A stretch of DNA of 64,000 bases from Chitinophagaceae bacterium (GCA_947380605.1 CANCRO010000002.1:11555-75554), one strand, 5' to 3'. Shown: positions 1 to 10,546, counted from the stretch's first letter. Notes: generated by a model not told the origin, from the sequence alone. A program made the numbers and translations.

Positions 1-1
1 A

Positions 2-448
2 GCCCCAGATTTTACATTATTTGACAGTGATAAAAACAAAGTAACCCTGAGTGAATTAAAAGGTAAAAATGTAGTGATTCTATTTTTTCCACTTGCCTTT
101 ACAGGAGTATGTACAAAAGAGCTGTGCAGTGTTAGAGATAATATTACCGCTTACAATGATACCAATGCACAGGTTTTGGGTATTTCTGTGGATTCCTTAT
201 TTGTTTTAGACAAGTTCAAACAAGAGCAAAGCCTTAATTTTCCTTTGCTAAGTGATTTTAATAAGTCGGCAGCCAAGGCATTTGAGGTATTGTATGAGAC
301 TTTCCCAGCCTTTGAAATGCAAGGAGTAAGTAAAAGAGCCGCTTTTGTAATTGATAAAGAAGGAAATGTAAAATATGCAGAAGTTTGTGCCACTCCAGGA
401 GATTTGCCAGACTTTACTGCTATCCAAAGTACTTTACAAAGCATTTAA
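2..448 (+). CDS. Peroxiredoxin, AhpC/TSA family (AhpE-like), 5' truncated by the window edge
   Basis: The frame is open from nt 2 (APDFTLFDSDKNKVTLSELKGKNVVILFFPLAFTGVC). It has the PxxxTxxC peroxidatic motif FPLAFTGVC and the later Arg motif (KRAAFVID). Confidence 0.9.
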   Translation, partial: APDFTLFDSDKNKVTLSELKGKNVVILFFPLAFTGVCTKELCSVRDNITAYNDTNAQVLGISVDSLFVLDKFKQEQSLNFPLLSDFNKSAAKAFEVLYETFPAFEMQGVSKRAAFVIDKEGNVKYAEVCATPGDLPDFTAIQSTLQSI

Positions 449-475
449 TACTAGATTTCCAATAGAATTTTTTCT

Positions 476-522
476 AAAAGCAATCGGCAGGGCCCTAGTT
501 TGGAACCCTGCCGATTGCTTTT
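476..522 (+). terminator. Intrinsic terminator hairpin after the peroxiredoxin
   Basis: Perfect 17-bp inverted repeat AAAAGCAATCGGCAGGG (476-492) / CCCTGCCGATTGCTTTT (506-522), followed by more T. Confidence 0.8.
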
Positions 523-531
523 TTCACAGAA

Positions 532-891
532 TTGATTACTTTTACCATTCTGAAACAGCTATTCACCATATTAATTTTCCTTTTGGGCGCTTGTATTTCC
601 AGTTTTGCCCAAAATAAATCAATTAATTCTGTAGAGGGAGCTGCCAAAATGATTAAGTTTTTTCCCAATCCTGCTTCTTCTAATATTAATTTTGAACTTC
701 AAAGAGGATATGACCAATCCTATTCCCTGATACTCTTTAATTTCATGGGAAAGAAAATGGAGGAGTTTGCCCCTGGTTCACAAATCATCAATCTTCCCTT
801 GAACAGTTTTTACCGTGGAATTTATATTTTTCAACTACGCGATAAAAAAGGGAATATCATTGAATCTGGAAAATTCCAGGTAGTCAAGTAA
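532..891 (+). CDS. Small T9SS type A sorting-domain (CTD) protein
   Basis: Signal peptide ending SSFA|Q, then FFPNPA...GIYIFQL...GKFQVVK, typical of a Por secretion C-terminal domain. Starts with TTG. Confidence 0.8.
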   Translation: MITFTILKQLFTILIFLLGACISSFAQNKSINSVEGAAKMIKFFPNPASSNINFELQRGYDQSYSLILFNFMGKKMEEFAPGSQIINLPLNSFYRGIYIFQLRDKKGNIIESGKFQVVK

Positions 892-964
892 TCTCAGCCA
901 TTTTACAAACTTCCGACAACTAACTCTTCCACTACTTTGTAATAATCACGTTTTCAATTAGAGA

Positions 965-2146
965 TTACAGTACTTGCACAATCAAAAATTTCAGGTAATT
1001 CGTATTCTCTTGATCTCTAATGATTGGATGGTCAGCAGATTGACTATTGAAAACTACCTGACGAATTTTTCTTTTTGCATCCTTTGCAGCCATTCCAATG
1101 ATATCTAAAAACAATTCTGGTTTTACCAAATTAGTACAACTAGAAGTCACTAAAAATCCACCTGGTTTCACCAACTTAATACCCCTTAAATTAATTTCCT
1201 TATAGCCTGCTACTGCTTTATCAATACTACTTCTACTCTTTGTAAAAGAAGGCGGATCGAGCATCACTACATCCCATTGCTTAGCCTCTTTAGTCCATTC
1301 TTTGAGTATATCAAATGCATTGATGCACTCAAATTTACAGATGCCTTCTACTTTGTTGAGAAGCGCATTTTTATTACACATATCAATTGCACTCTGAGAA
1401 ATATCAATTCCTGTAACTGATTTGGCCCCATACACAGCAGCACTTATTTCAAAGGAACCGGTATAACAAAATGCACCTAATACATCTGCTCCTTTCACAA
1501 TATTTTGTATTGCTTTTCGATTATCTTGTTGATCTAAAAAGTAGCCCGTCTTTTGACCTCCATCAATATCTACATGAAATTTGATGCCATTTTCATGAAT
1601 GATAATATTGGTATCAAAAGGTGCTGAAAGAAACCCTTTGTGTTGCTCCATTCCTTCTAATTCTCTTACCGGAACATCATTTCTTTCATAAATCCCTTTG
1701 GGTGAAAAAATCTTTTCTAGCGCTTTTACTATAGCAGGTTTCCAAATATCTATTCCCAATGCCAAGGTTTGAATAACAAAGTAATCATTGAATTTATCAA
1801 TGATCAATTGTGGTAACTCATCTGCTTCGCCAAAAATTAGACGACAATTTTCAACATACCCTAATTTTTGTCGGTACACCCAGGCTTTCAGAATCGTATC
1901 ATAAAAAAAATCATCGTTGATTTCTTTATCCTTATCTCGAGTCAATAAGCGAACCATTATCTGAGACTGCGGATTTACATACCCCTTACCTATGAATTTT
2001 TTATCGTGGGTAAACACATTGACGATTTCACCTGCTTTGGCAGCTGCATCTAATGCTTTCCCCCTATTAATTTCATTGGCGAAAATCCAGGGATGACCAC
2101 TTTCTACCCTGCCACTAACATTTTTATTAAGAAAAAGGCTTTTCAT
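965..2146 (-). CDS. rlmI: 23S rRNA m5C1962 methyltransferase-like (RlmI family)
   Basis: N-terminal PUA-like GHPWIF, GQKTGYFLDQ, FCYTGSF SAM-binding segment and DPPSF motif. Confidence 0.85.
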   Translation of the reverse strand: MKSLFLNKNVSGRVESGHPWIFANEINRGKALDAAAKAGEIVNVFTHDKKFIGKGYVNPQSQIMVRLLTRDKDKEINDDFFYDTILKAWVYRQKLGYVENCRLIFGEADELPQLIIDKFNDYFVIQTLALGIDIWKPAIVKALEKIFSPKGIYERNDVPVRELEGMEQHKGFLSAPFDTNIIIHENGIKFHVDIDGGQKTGYFLDQQDNRKAIQNIVKGADVLGAFCYTGSFEISAAVYGAKSVTGIDISQSAIDMCNKNALLNKVEGICKFECINAFDILKEWTKEAKQWDVVMLDPPSFTKSRSSIDKAVAGYKEINLRGIKLVKPGGFLVTSSCTNLVKPELFLDIIGMAAKDAKRKIRQVVFNSQSADHPIIRDQENTNYLKFLIVQVL

Positions 2147-2150
2147 CCTA

Positions 2151-2158
2151 CAAAGATA
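2151..2158 (-). promoter_or_regulatory. Bacteroidota -7 promoter element for rlmI
   Basis: TATCTTTG on the minus strand, 4 nt before the ATG. Confidence 0.7.
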
Positions 2159-2239
2159 ACTAAAGCAAACAGCTGTCAGTCAGTTTGAAACCAGTTTACC
2201 CTATATCCTTAAAAATTGACATTTTGGCTGAAAACTAGG

Positions 2240-2270
2240 CTTGGCAAAATGTTTGACAATCGTACATTTG
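2240..2270 (+). promoter_or_regulatory. Bacteroidota primary-sigma promoter for grpE-dnaJ
   Basis: CTTG (2240-2243), a 19-nt spacer, then TACATTTG (2263-2270). This fits TTTG-N19-21-TAnnTTTG. Confidence 0.65.
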
Positions 2271-2330
2271 CAAATAATTTTACCCTAACCCTCCACTGAG
2301 GGCTGTGATATAAACGAATTAATAGATTTT

Positions 2331-2912
2331 ATGGAAGAAAAGACAAAATTTACCCCTGAAGAAGAGGCACTGGCAGAAGCATTAAAAGGTTTTTCAGATG
2401 CCGCTACTACTGCGGAAGAACCTATCGCTGAAAAAACAGATGCAAACAATCCTGAACCCGGAAATATAGTAGAAAAACTTCAGGCAGAATTAAATGAACA
2501 AAAAGACAAATATATTCGCCTATTCGCTGAATTTGATAACTTCAAGCGTCGTAATGCCAAGGAAAGAATAGAACTTATTCAGACTGCAGGAAAAGAGGTC
2601 ATCACTTCTTTATTAGACGTTTTAGATGATTGTGATCGTGCTGAAAAGCAAATTCAAACTAGCGAAGATCTTCAACAGATCAGGGAAGGTATTCAATTGG
2701 TATTTGGCAAACTTAGAAATACCATGCAATCAAAAGGACTTAGACCGATGGAGAGTATTGAAACCGATTTTGATGTAGAGAAACATGAGGCGATTACTGA
2801 AATCCCTGCTCCTAATCCTGCACTAGTGGACAAGGTGGTAGATGAGGTACAAAAAGGTTATTATTTGAATGATAAAATCATCCGCTTTGCAAAAGTGGTG
2901 GTAGGAAAATAA
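2331..2912 (+). CDS. grpE: Nucleotide exchange factor GrpE
   Basis: RLFAEFDNFKRR, FDVEKHEAI and VQKGYYLNDKIIRFAKVVV motifs; upstream of dnaJ. Confidence 0.97.
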   Translation: MEEKTKFTPEEEALAEALKGFSDAATTAEEPIAEKTDANNPEPGNIVEKLQAELNEQKDKYIRLFAEFDNFKRRNAKERIELIQTAGKEVITSLLDVLDDCDRAEKQIQTSEDLQQIREGIQLVFGKLRNTMQSKGLRPMESIETDFDVEKHEAITEIPAPNPALVDKVVDEVQKGYYLNDKIIRFAKVVVGK

Positions 2913-3002
2913 ATTATTAATTAGCATTTTAAAACAGCAACCAGGAATTATTACCATTTTATATTTTCATTTTAGCTGTTTAGCTAATTACCAATCCACA
3001 TT

Positions 3003-4172
3003 ATGAAGAAAGATTTTTATGAAATACTAGGCGTTTCAAAATCATCCACCCAGGATGAAATTAAGAAAGCATATCGCAAGGTTGCTATGCAATTTCACCC
3101 TGATAGAAATCCAGGAGATAAGGCTTCAGAAGAAAAATTTAAAGAGGCAGCGGAAGCTTATGAAATATTAAGCGATACTGATAAAAGGGCTCAATATGAC
3201 CGCTTTGGACATAATGCATTTAGCCAAGGCCGAGGTGGTGGAGGTGGTGGTTTTAGTGGTGGCAGTATGAATATGGATGATATTTTCAGTCAGTTTGGAG
3301 ATATTTTTGGTGACGAGAGTCCATTTGGTAGCTTTTTTGGAAATGGAGGTCGACGTTCGTCTGGTGGAAGATCAAGAGGCGTAAGAGGATCGAACCTAAG
3401 AATAAAAATAAAACTTAACTACGAAGAGATGGCCAAAGGTGCTTCTAAGACAGTTAAGGTAAAAAAACATGTAAGCTGTACTACCTGTTCGGGTAGTGGA
3501 GCAAAAGATAAAAACAGTTTACAGACTTGTAGCACCTGTAATGGAAGCGGGCAAGTTAGAAAAGTACAAAACACCTTTTTAGGACAGATGCAGACGGTAA
3601 CTACCTGCTCTACTTGTAACGGAGAGGGAAGTACCATCGCTAACAAATGTGCCACCTGCAAAGGTGAAGGAAGGGTTTATGGGGAAGAAACGGTTACCAT
3701 TGAAATACCTGCTGGTGTTCAAGAAGGAATGCAGCTTAGCATGAGTGGCAAAGGAAATGCTGGAGAACGAGGTGGCGCTAACGGTGATTTAATAATATTA
3801 ATTGAGGAGGAAGCACATGCAGAATTGCATAGAGATGGGCTGAATGTAGCTTTTGATTTACACATTACTTTCCCAGATGCAGTTTTCGGAACTAATGTAG
3901 AAGTCCCAACTATTGATGGTAAAGCCAAAATTAAAATTCCACCGGGAACACAAAGTGGAAAAATATTTAGACTAAAAGGGAAAGGTTTCCCTGCTGTTAA
4001 TAGCTATGAAAAAGGGGATCAATTAATTCACGTTAACATTTGGACTCCACAAAACCTTTCTGCAGAGGAAAAATCAATGTTAGAAAGCATGCAAGCAAGT
4101 GAAAATTTTAAACCTAAACCAGAGAAAGGAGATAAATCTTTCTTTGATAAAGTAAGAGAAATATTTACTTAA
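3003..4172 (+). CDS. dnaJ: Molecular chaperone DnaJ
   Basis: J domain with HPD, a G/F-rich linker and four CxxCxGxG zinc-finger repeats. Confidence 0.98.
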   Translation: MKKDFYEILGVSKSSTQDEIKKAYRKVAMQFHPDRNPGDKASEEKFKEAAEAYEILSDTDKRAQYDRFGHNAFSQGRGGGGGGFSGGSMNMDDIFSQFGDIFGDESPFGSFFGNGGRRSSGGRSRGVRGSNLRIKIKLNYEEMAKGASKTVKVKKHVSCTTCSGSGAKDKNSLQTCSTCNGSGQVRKVQNTFLGQMQTVTTCSTCNGEGSTIANKCATCKGEGRVYGEETVTIEIPAGVQEGMQLSMSGKGNAGERGGANGDLIILIEEEAHAELHRDGLNVAFDLHITFPDAVFGTNVEVPTIDGKAKIKIPPGTQSGKIFRLKGKGFPAVNSYEKGDQLIHVNIWTPQNLSAEEKSMLESMQASENFKPKPEKGDKSFFDKVREIFT

Positions 4173-4242
4173 AATATTTTAGGCTTAAGAGTAGATTACC
4201 TTTTAATCATCGAAATAGTTAGTGGATAATGGGCTACTAATA

Positions 4243-4782
4243 TCACCCATTCACTAGCTGATAAATTTGAGGAAGATTTCTGCCCAGTCCGTCATAATCT
4301 AATCCGAATCCTAAAAGAAATTTATCAGGCACGCTAAAGCCTAAATAATCTATCGTAACAGGATATTTCATCGCAGTAGGCTTATTCAATAAAGCTGCAA
4401 TTTTTAAAGAAGCGGGCTGTTGATGTTGTATCTGAGGTAAAAACTGATGCAGCGTATTGCCTGTATCTATAATATCTTCAATAATCACTACATGTCTATT
4501 TACCAAGGATTCATCTAATCCGATAGAGGTAATTAAATTCCCCGTTGATGTAGTGCCTTTGTATGAAGCGAGTTTTATAAAACATATTTCGGCTTCAATA
4601 GAGATTGATTTAAACAAGTCGGATGCGAACATAAAAGAACCATTCAAAATAGCAATAAACAAAGGGCGCTTTCCTTCATAATCTTTGTCCATTTGCTTAC
4701 CCATTACCTTAATTCGCTCATGAATTTCCTCTGAACTGATGAAAGGTTGAAATGTTTTATCATTCACTACCACATTAGACAT
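4243..4782 (-). CDS. hpt: Hypoxanthine phosphoribosyltransferase
   Basis: ILNGSFMF, PRPP-binding IIEDIIDTGNT and FLLGFGLDY motifs. Confidence 0.95.
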   Translation of the reverse strand: MSNVVVNDKTFQPFISSEEIHERIKVMGKQMDKDYEGKRPLFIAILNGSFMFASDLFKSISIEAEICFIKLASYKGTTSTGNLITSIGLDESLVNRHVVIIEDIIDTGNTLHQFLPQIQHQQPASLKIAALLNKPTAMKYPVTIDYLGFSVPDKFLLGFGLDYDGLGRNLPQIYQLVNG

Positions 4783-4834
4783 AAAAAATATTTTATAGTT
4801 ATAAATTTTAATAATAAAAAACGCTTTAGAAAAA

Positions 4835-6022
4835 TTACTTGCCTACTATTAACTGCTGCCCTATTTGTAAATTTTCACTACTTAGCTTATTCCAAATTTT
4901 CAATTGATCTACGGTGACATTATATTTTTGTGCAATTCCGTATAATCCTTCCTTAGCTTTCACTTGATGAAAAATAGTTCCAGAACTACGAGCTAAATTA
5001 GTTTTTATTTGACTCAACTGGTCAAAGGGTTTCAAATACACTTTTGTTCCAGACAGAACATCTGCATCTTCGTCTAAATGATTATATTCCAAAATGCTTT
5101 CCAATTGAATACCATTATTTTGAGCAATGGAATAATAGGTTTCATTTTTTCTACCTATCACGAAATCTTTGTTTCCCTTTGTAGATTTTTTTTGCAAAAA
5201 GATTAACTGGTCTTCGTCAAGAAGCCCATCCTCCAGTTCGTTGATATCCAAAAGTCGCTGTAAAGAAATTTTGTACCGGGTAGCAATGGCTAATAAGGAG
5301 GTTCCTTTTAAAGCCTTTATACACTTGCTTCCATTTATACTATTGACCACATCAGGTTCTCCTAAAAGAATTAATTCTCCTTCTCCCAAATTACTTCGAT
5401 CTACTGGAAGTGCAGCAATTGATAACGAAGTCTTTTGATCTGCCAACGGTGGATCTTCTTTAGATTTTTTCGTATCAGCATTAGTCAGCTCCCTTGCACC
5501 TTCAACAGTAAATTGCTGCAAATTATATTTCTCAATATAATTAATTAAAATTACTGGGTATTTCGGGTTCGTTGCATAGCCTGCCTTCTTTAAGCCATTA
5601 GCCCACCCTTTATAATCTGATGGGTCTAAATCAAATAGGAAAGAATAATGCTTTCCTGCTTTTAAAAAATTACTATGATCGCGAAAAGATTCTTCTGCAG
5701 TGGCATACTTTCTAAAACATTCACCCAAAGAATCATCATCATGTGTTACTCCTTCCCCAGTCCAATTACTTTTACATTTAATTCCGAAATGATTATTGGA
5801 TTTTTTTACTAATTCACTATTACCACTTTCTGATTCTAATAGTCCTTGAGCTAAGGTAATCGCTGCAGGCACTCCCATTCGCTTCATTTCCAGCATAGCT
5901 ATATCCTTATATTGGTCAATATATTGTTCAGCTGAAATCGTTTGAGCATGGATAGATAACATCGAACCAATAGCCAATAATATCAGTTGAATTTTTTTTA
6001 TGCCTGCGCCGGTTTGAATCAT
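4835..6022 (-). CDS. GH73 glucosaminidase with three LysM domains (peptidoglycan hydrolase)
   Basis: Signal peptide, AQGLLES, NNHFGIKC and GYATNPKY motifs, and three LysM-like repeats. Confidence 0.9.
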   Translation of the reverse strand: MIQTGAGIKKIQLILLAIGSMLSIHAQTISAEQYIDQYKDIAMLEMKRMGVPAAITLAQGLLESESGNSELVKKSNNHFGIKCKSNWTGEGVTHDDDSLGECFRKYATAEESFRDHSNFLKAGKHYSFLFDLDPSDYKGWANGLKKAGYATNPKYPVILINYIEKYNLQQFTVEGARELTNADTKKSKEDPPLADQKTSLSIAALPVDRSNLGEGELILLGEPDVVNSINGSKCIKALKGTSLLAIATRYKISLQRLLDINELEDGLLDEDQLIFLQKKSTKGNKDFVIGRKNETYYSIAQNNGIQLESILEYNHLDEDADVLSGTKVYLKPFDQLSQIKTNLARSSGTIFHQVKAKEGLYGIAQKYNVTVDQLKIWNKLSSENLQIGQQLIVGK

Positions 6023-6074
6023 TGATGAATAATATTAAGAAAAGTTATTTTTTACCTTGAAGAAAATGGCTTGT

Positions 6075-6713
6075 TTACAATTTCCTTATCAACAGCAAAC
6101 CATCTCTTAGGGTCAATAATGTTTGATCTACTCTGGTATCTTTTTTAACATGCTGATTAAATGTATGAATCGCCACTGCATTTTTTCCAGTAATATTTTC
6201 TTCTAGCACCTGTCCATGAAATAATACATTGTCAGCAATAATTAGTCCATTATGTTTTAGATAGGGGAAAATTAATTCGTAATAGTCAACGTAGCCCAAT
6301 TTATCTGCATCAATAAAAACAATGTCCCAACTCTCTTGCAATGATGGAATAATCTCCATCGCATTTCCAACATGTAGTATAATTTTTTCTTTATCGGGAG
6401 ATTGTTGAAAATACTTTTTGGCAACTGCTGCATCTTCTTCTCTTAATTCTATAGTATGTAAAACGCCCTCTTTAGTCAATCCCTTCGCCAAGCACAATGC
6501 GCTATAGCCAGTAAAAGTACCAATTTCTAAAATTCTTTGTGGCTGAAGTAATTTACTCAAAGTAGTTAAAAAAGCACCTTGTACATGACCACTCAACATA
6601 TGGGCATGAGCATGATTTTCCATGGTTTCTTCTGATACCTTGCGAATCAAATTATCTTCAGGTGAAGAAACCATTTGGGCATATTTTTCTGCAAGAGCAT
6701 TTACCAATTCCAT
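6075..6713 (-). CDS. O-methyltransferase (caffeoyl-CoA OMT / TrmR-like)
   Basis: LEIGTFTGYS and DIVFIDADK motifs. Start trimmed to the ATG at 6713, which removes the overlap with the upstream gene. Confidence 0.88.
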   Translation of the reverse strand: MELVNALAEKYAQMVSSPEDNLIRKVSEETMENHAHAHMLSGHVQGAFLTTLSKLLQPQRILEIGTFTGYSALCLAKGLTKEGVLHTIELREEDAAVAKKYFQQSPDKEKIILHVGNAMEIIPSLQESWDIVFIDADKLGYVDYYELIFPYLKHNGLIIADNVLFHGQVLEENITGKNAVAIHTFNQHVKKDTRVDQTLLTLRDGLLLIRKL

Positions 6714-6720
6714 ACTACAT

Positions 6721-8265
6721 TTATTGAGCCTTCGATTGTACAACATTAGAATGGCCGATTAGCCATAATCCTGCAAAGGTAAGGATGCCATTTATAATTA
6801 AAAGCTCAATGCCAATTTGGTAACCATTTAACCAATTTTTAGCATTCACACTGATGACATATGAAAGCAAAGGTGCTATCAGGCATATTAAAGTAACTAT
6901 CCAAGAATTAGGCAATTGCCTTTTAGTAAAAATACCTAGTGCAAACAAACCCAACAATGGACCATAAGTATACCCAGCGAGGTCTAATATTTTGTCAATA
7001 ATACTATTGTCATTCAGTATTTTAAACCCCATAATACAGATTAAAAATAAGATCGTAAAACAAAGATGAACAGATAGTCTCCATTTTTTCTGTTGCTTTT
7101 CATCCAGATCGGCACGATCTTTTAACCCAATAATATCGATACAAAAAGAAGAGGTTAAAGCTGTCAAAGCGCCATCAGCACTGGGAAACAACGCGGATAT
7201 TAGTGCAATAATAAAGATAATACCTACTGCAGGGGGGAAAAAATGAAGTACAATTGAAGGAAAAGCCTTGTCACCGATTATATTGGTATCATTGACAATA
7301 AACTGTTTCACTATTTTTCCATTTACTAAAACATCTTGGTAAAATCCGCCATTTGCATTGCCATATAAATAGAGCAACCCGCCCAAGAATAGAAATAAAC
7401 ACAATACTGAAACTAAAATTACTGCCAGTGTGATTACATTCTTTTGAGAGTCGACTAATCTTTTGACACTAATATTTTTTTGCATCATTTCCTGATCAAG
7501 TCCAGTCATGGCAATAGTAATAAAAGCACCACCGACAATTTGTTTAACAAAAAAACCTTTACTATTGACATCGGTATTAAAAACAGATAAGTATCCTTTA
7601 TCTCCAAGTTGGTTGAATGCTTCTGAAGAAGAGAGATGGAGATTATTCAGTATATAAAAAATACAAATCAATAATCCAGTAATCATTAAGGTAGTTTGTA
7701 AAGTATCGGTATACACAATCGTTCTAACGCCTCCTTCAAAAGTATACAATAGAATCATGAGCAATATGACTGCTGCAGTAATTACAAATGGAACACCTAA
7801 CTGATCGAGAATAAAAAACTGCAATACATTAATGACTAGATAAAGTCTTGCAGTAGCGCCAACTGTCCGGCTAATAATAAAAAAGAGAGCTCCTGTTTTA
7901 TAAGCAACCTTACCAAATCGCTGCAAGAGATAATTATAAATAGAAGTAAGATTTAATCGATAATACAAGGGCAACAAAACAAAAGCAATAACTAGATATC
8001 CAATCAAATAACCAATAGCTACTTGCAGATAAGCAAAACCCTTAAATCCATTAGCAGAAGCATCCCCCACTGCACCTGGCACGCTCACAAAGGTTACTCC
8101 ACTCAATGAAGTACCAATCATTCCAAATGCAACGAGGACCCAGTTGCTATTCCGATTACCAATAAAGAAAGAGTCATTATTAGCATTACGGCTGGTATAA
8201 TATGCAACTAACAATAGCAATACAAAATACCCAATAACGAAAGAGAATAAAATTACTGGAGACAT
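6721..8265 (-). CDS. Sodium:solute symporter (SSS family)
   Basis: Multi-TM protein with SLSGVTFVSVPG, YTFEGG, GLDQEMMQK and SADGALTAL motifs. Start trimmed to the ATG at 8265. Confidence 0.88.
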   Translation of the reverse strand: MSPVILFSFVIGYFVLLLLVAYYTSRNANNDSFFIGNRNSNWVLVAFGMIGTSLSGVTFVSVPGAVGDASANGFKGFAYLQVAIGYLIGYLVIAFVLLPLYYRLNLTSIYNYLLQRFGKVAYKTGALFFIISRTVGATARLYLVINVLQFFILDQLGVPFVITAAVILLMILLYTFEGGVRTIVYTDTLQTTLMITGLLICIFYILNNLHLSSSEAFNQLGDKGYLSVFNTDVNSKGFFVKQIVGGAFITIAMTGLDQEMMQKNISVKRLVDSQKNVITLAVILVSVLCLFLFLGGLLYLYGNANGGFYQDVLVNGKIVKQFIVNDTNIIGDKAFPSIVLHFFPPAVGIIFIIALISALFPSADGALTALTSSFCIDIIGLKDRADLDEKQQKKWRLSVHLCFTILFLICIMGFKILNDNSIIDKILDLAGYTYGPLLGLFALGIFTKRQLPNSWIVTLICLIAPLLSYVISVNAKNWLNGYQIGIELLIINGILTFAGLWLIGHSNVVQSKAQ

Positions 8266-8344
8266 AAAAATATATTTTGAAATAATATCATTGAAAATAT
8301 AAAAAAAAATCGTGCCTTTGCCTATAAATAATAAGTAAAGATAT

Positions 8345-8881
8345 ATGGAGTTTAAATCAATTGCTGTTTTTTGTGGAAGCAAATCTGGAAATAATCCCCT
8401 ATTTGAGGAGCAAGCAAGTAAGCTAGGTAATTTACTAGCTGAGCATACAATTTTATTAATCTACGGCGGTGGAAACAAAGGAATTATGGGAGCCGTAGCC
8501 AACGGAGTAATGGAAAAAAATGGGAAAGTAATTGGTATTATCCCTGAGGCCTTGATGGGATGGGAACAACACCATGAAGGCATATCAGAGTTGATAGTGG
8601 TTGAAAATATGCATATTCGAAAAAGGATGATGTATGAAAAAAGTGATGCCGCAATTATATTACCAGGTGGCTTTGGGACATTAGATGAACTTTTTGAAAT
8701 GCTCACTTGGAACCAACTCAGTATTCATAATAAACCTATTTATATTTTAAATACGGCTGGATTTTACGACTCTCTTTTTGATCATATAAAAAATATGGTA
8801 AAAGAAAACTTTCTTTATTCAACTATGGAAGAAGCTTTTACTGTTATATCGAATCCTTCTGAAATATTCAAGGCTTCCTAA
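8345..8881 (+). CDS. LOG family protein (TIGR00730-like nucleotide phosphoribohydrolase)
   Basis: VFCGS, YGGG..GIMGAVA, MHIRKRMM and PGGFGTLDE motifs. Confidence 0.92.
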   Translation: MEFKSIAVFCGSKSGNNPLFEEQASKLGNLLAEHTILLIYGGGNKGIMGAVANGVMEKNGKVIGIIPEALMGWEQHHEGISELIVVENMHIRKRMMYEKSDAAIILPGGFGTLDELFEMLTWNQLSIHNKPIYILNTAGFYDSLFDHIKNMVKENFLYSTMEEAFTVISNPSEIFKAS

Positions 8882-8898
8882 ATCGACTTACTCATTTC

Positions 8899-9471
8899 CT
8901 ACCTAAATAAAGCAATATTAAATCCCGCGCGGATCACTGGTATTAACCTACCGTAATTATCAACATAAGGAGACCCTGGCAGTTGGAGTGCATCAAACAT
9001 TACGGATAAATAATAATAAGAGTTTGACCCTTTCTGCCGGCTACTACTATAGCCCGCCCCTATTAATAAACTATTCACATCATCTTTTAATTTATAGGAG
9101 CTAGATCCAGATTGAATAACCTTTATATTTTGAAAATTATGTTCGTATTGAAATTGGGTAAACAAAAAGTTGATAGGAAATAAACGAACAAAAGCACCCG
9201 GTCCAAGATTCGTTTGTCTTAATTTATTATTATAGATATCGGTCTGGCCAGTATAAATAAAATTTAAACTCGCTGCAGCATCTAGCCATGGAGTTAGGCT
9301 ATAACCCAGATGGGGACTAACACCCAAAACAGTCCCTCCGGTATAAAAAGAGGCGGTAACATTACCACCAGTAAATAAATTTGACTTTTTGAATCCAATT
9401 GAATTTTCGTCCTGTGCTTTTGATACTTGTATAAAACAGCATAAACCTAGGGCTAAGAATAATTTTCTCAT
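8899..9471 (-). CDS. Hypothetical outer-membrane beta-barrel protein
   Basis: Signal peptide VSKA|Q, alternating beta-strand pattern and aromatic C-terminus (GFNIALFR). Confidence 0.65.
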   Translation of the reverse strand: MRKLFLALGLCCFIQVSKAQDENSIGFKKSNLFTGGNVTASFYTGGTVLGVSPHLGYSLTPWLDAAASLNFIYTGQTDIYNNKLRQTNLGPGAFVRLFPINFLFTQFQYEHNFQNIKVIQSGSSSYKLKDDVNSLLIGAGYSSSRQKGSNSYYYLSVMFDALQLPGSPYVDNYGRLIPVIRAGFNIALFR

Positions 9472-9491
9472 TTTTTTATATAGATATTAAA

Positions 9492-10520
9492 TTAAAATTT
9501 TGGACAAAAAACTTGATGGGTTACACTATTGTTTTCATTATAAAAACCCTTCCTAATCACACTAAATTCATTTGCACCCCTTAGATTGTTAAAATTATTA
9601 AGTGAAGAAGTTGTAGCATCATAGCTGAAAGTAAATCGAATATTATTTAACTCAAAACCAACCATAGGAATCACTGCATCCCCTGCACGATAATAGAGGC
9701 CGATAATAAATTGCTTATCGCCTGATTCAGTTAAATTATAATTAGCGTTCATCCCTAACAAAAGTTCACTAGACTTTGATTGATTAGTATAATACATATT
9801 TGGATTGATGATGAGTCTATCTGAAAGTTTTAATAAAGCATTGAGAAATCCAATATGTCGCATAGGCACTCTACTACTATCGATCGATCCAGTAAAAAAG
9901 GTTTCTTGAGGTCGATTTAAATGATGAATAGAATATCCTCCATTGATGTAAACTTCTTCTGTTGGAAAGTAAGCATAATTTAAACCTGCCTGTACATCTA
10001 AGTAACTAACCGCACTATTGGTAAGAATTACTGAGGACGGTAATGCGTTATCAAAAAACTTTCCGTCAAACTGGTCGGGAAAACTAAGTTTAGAAGCGTC
10101 AATGCGTTTATTAGCCCAACCTAAATTGAAACCTGCACTCAATAAACTACTGTTTGCCAATTGTTGATGATAGGCTAGGGAACCGTATACTTTGGTTGAC
10201 TTTAATCCACCCGCTCCAGCAACATCACTTAGAATAACACCTCCAATACCAAGCCATCCATTTTCAATTTGATTCCGCAATAATTGGGCGTCACCAAAAA
10301 TGCTAATGGTTTTATAAGGTACTGCCATTAAGGATGAATACTGATTACGATAATGGGCACCCAATCTATAATCAGCATCTGGTATAAATCCTGTGTTGGC
10401 AGGATTGGTAGTAAGAACAGAATTATAAAATTGAGAAAAATGAAGATCTTGAGCATAGGTATTACCCAATAGTTGGCAACCGACCAACAATAGGAATACT
10501 ATTTTTATGCTTTTTTTCAT
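9492..10520 (-). CDS. PorP/SprF family T9SS membrane protein
   Basis: QDLHFSQFY...TNPANTG, YRNQY and FSYD...SLN motifs; directly downstream of a type B CTD protein. Confidence 0.9.
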   Translation of the reverse strand: MKKSIKIVFLLLVGCQLLGNTYAQDLHFSQFYNSVLTTNPANTGFIPDADYRLGAHYRNQYSSLMAVPYKTISIFGDAQLLRNQIENGWLGIGGVILSDVAGAGGLKSTKVYGSLAYHQQLANSSLLSAGFNLGWANKRIDASKLSFPDQFDGKFFDNALPSSVILTNSAVSYLDVQAGLNYAYFPTEEVYINGGYSIHHLNRPQETFFTGSIDSSRVPMRHIGFLNALLKLSDRLIINPNMYYTNQSKSSELLLGMNANYNLTESGDKQFIIGLYYRAGDAVIPMVGFELNNIRFTFSYDATTSSLNNFNNLRGANEFSVIRKGFYNENNSVTHQVFCPKF

Positions 10521-10546
10521 TTTTATATTCTTACCTAATATTAAAG

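Noticed and set aside
2920-3002. CIRCE/HrcA operator near grpE-dnaJ
   Set aside because: TTAGCATTT has no matching right arm. Only a short TTAGCT-GTTT-AGCTAA dyad (2971-2986) is present, which is too weak to call.
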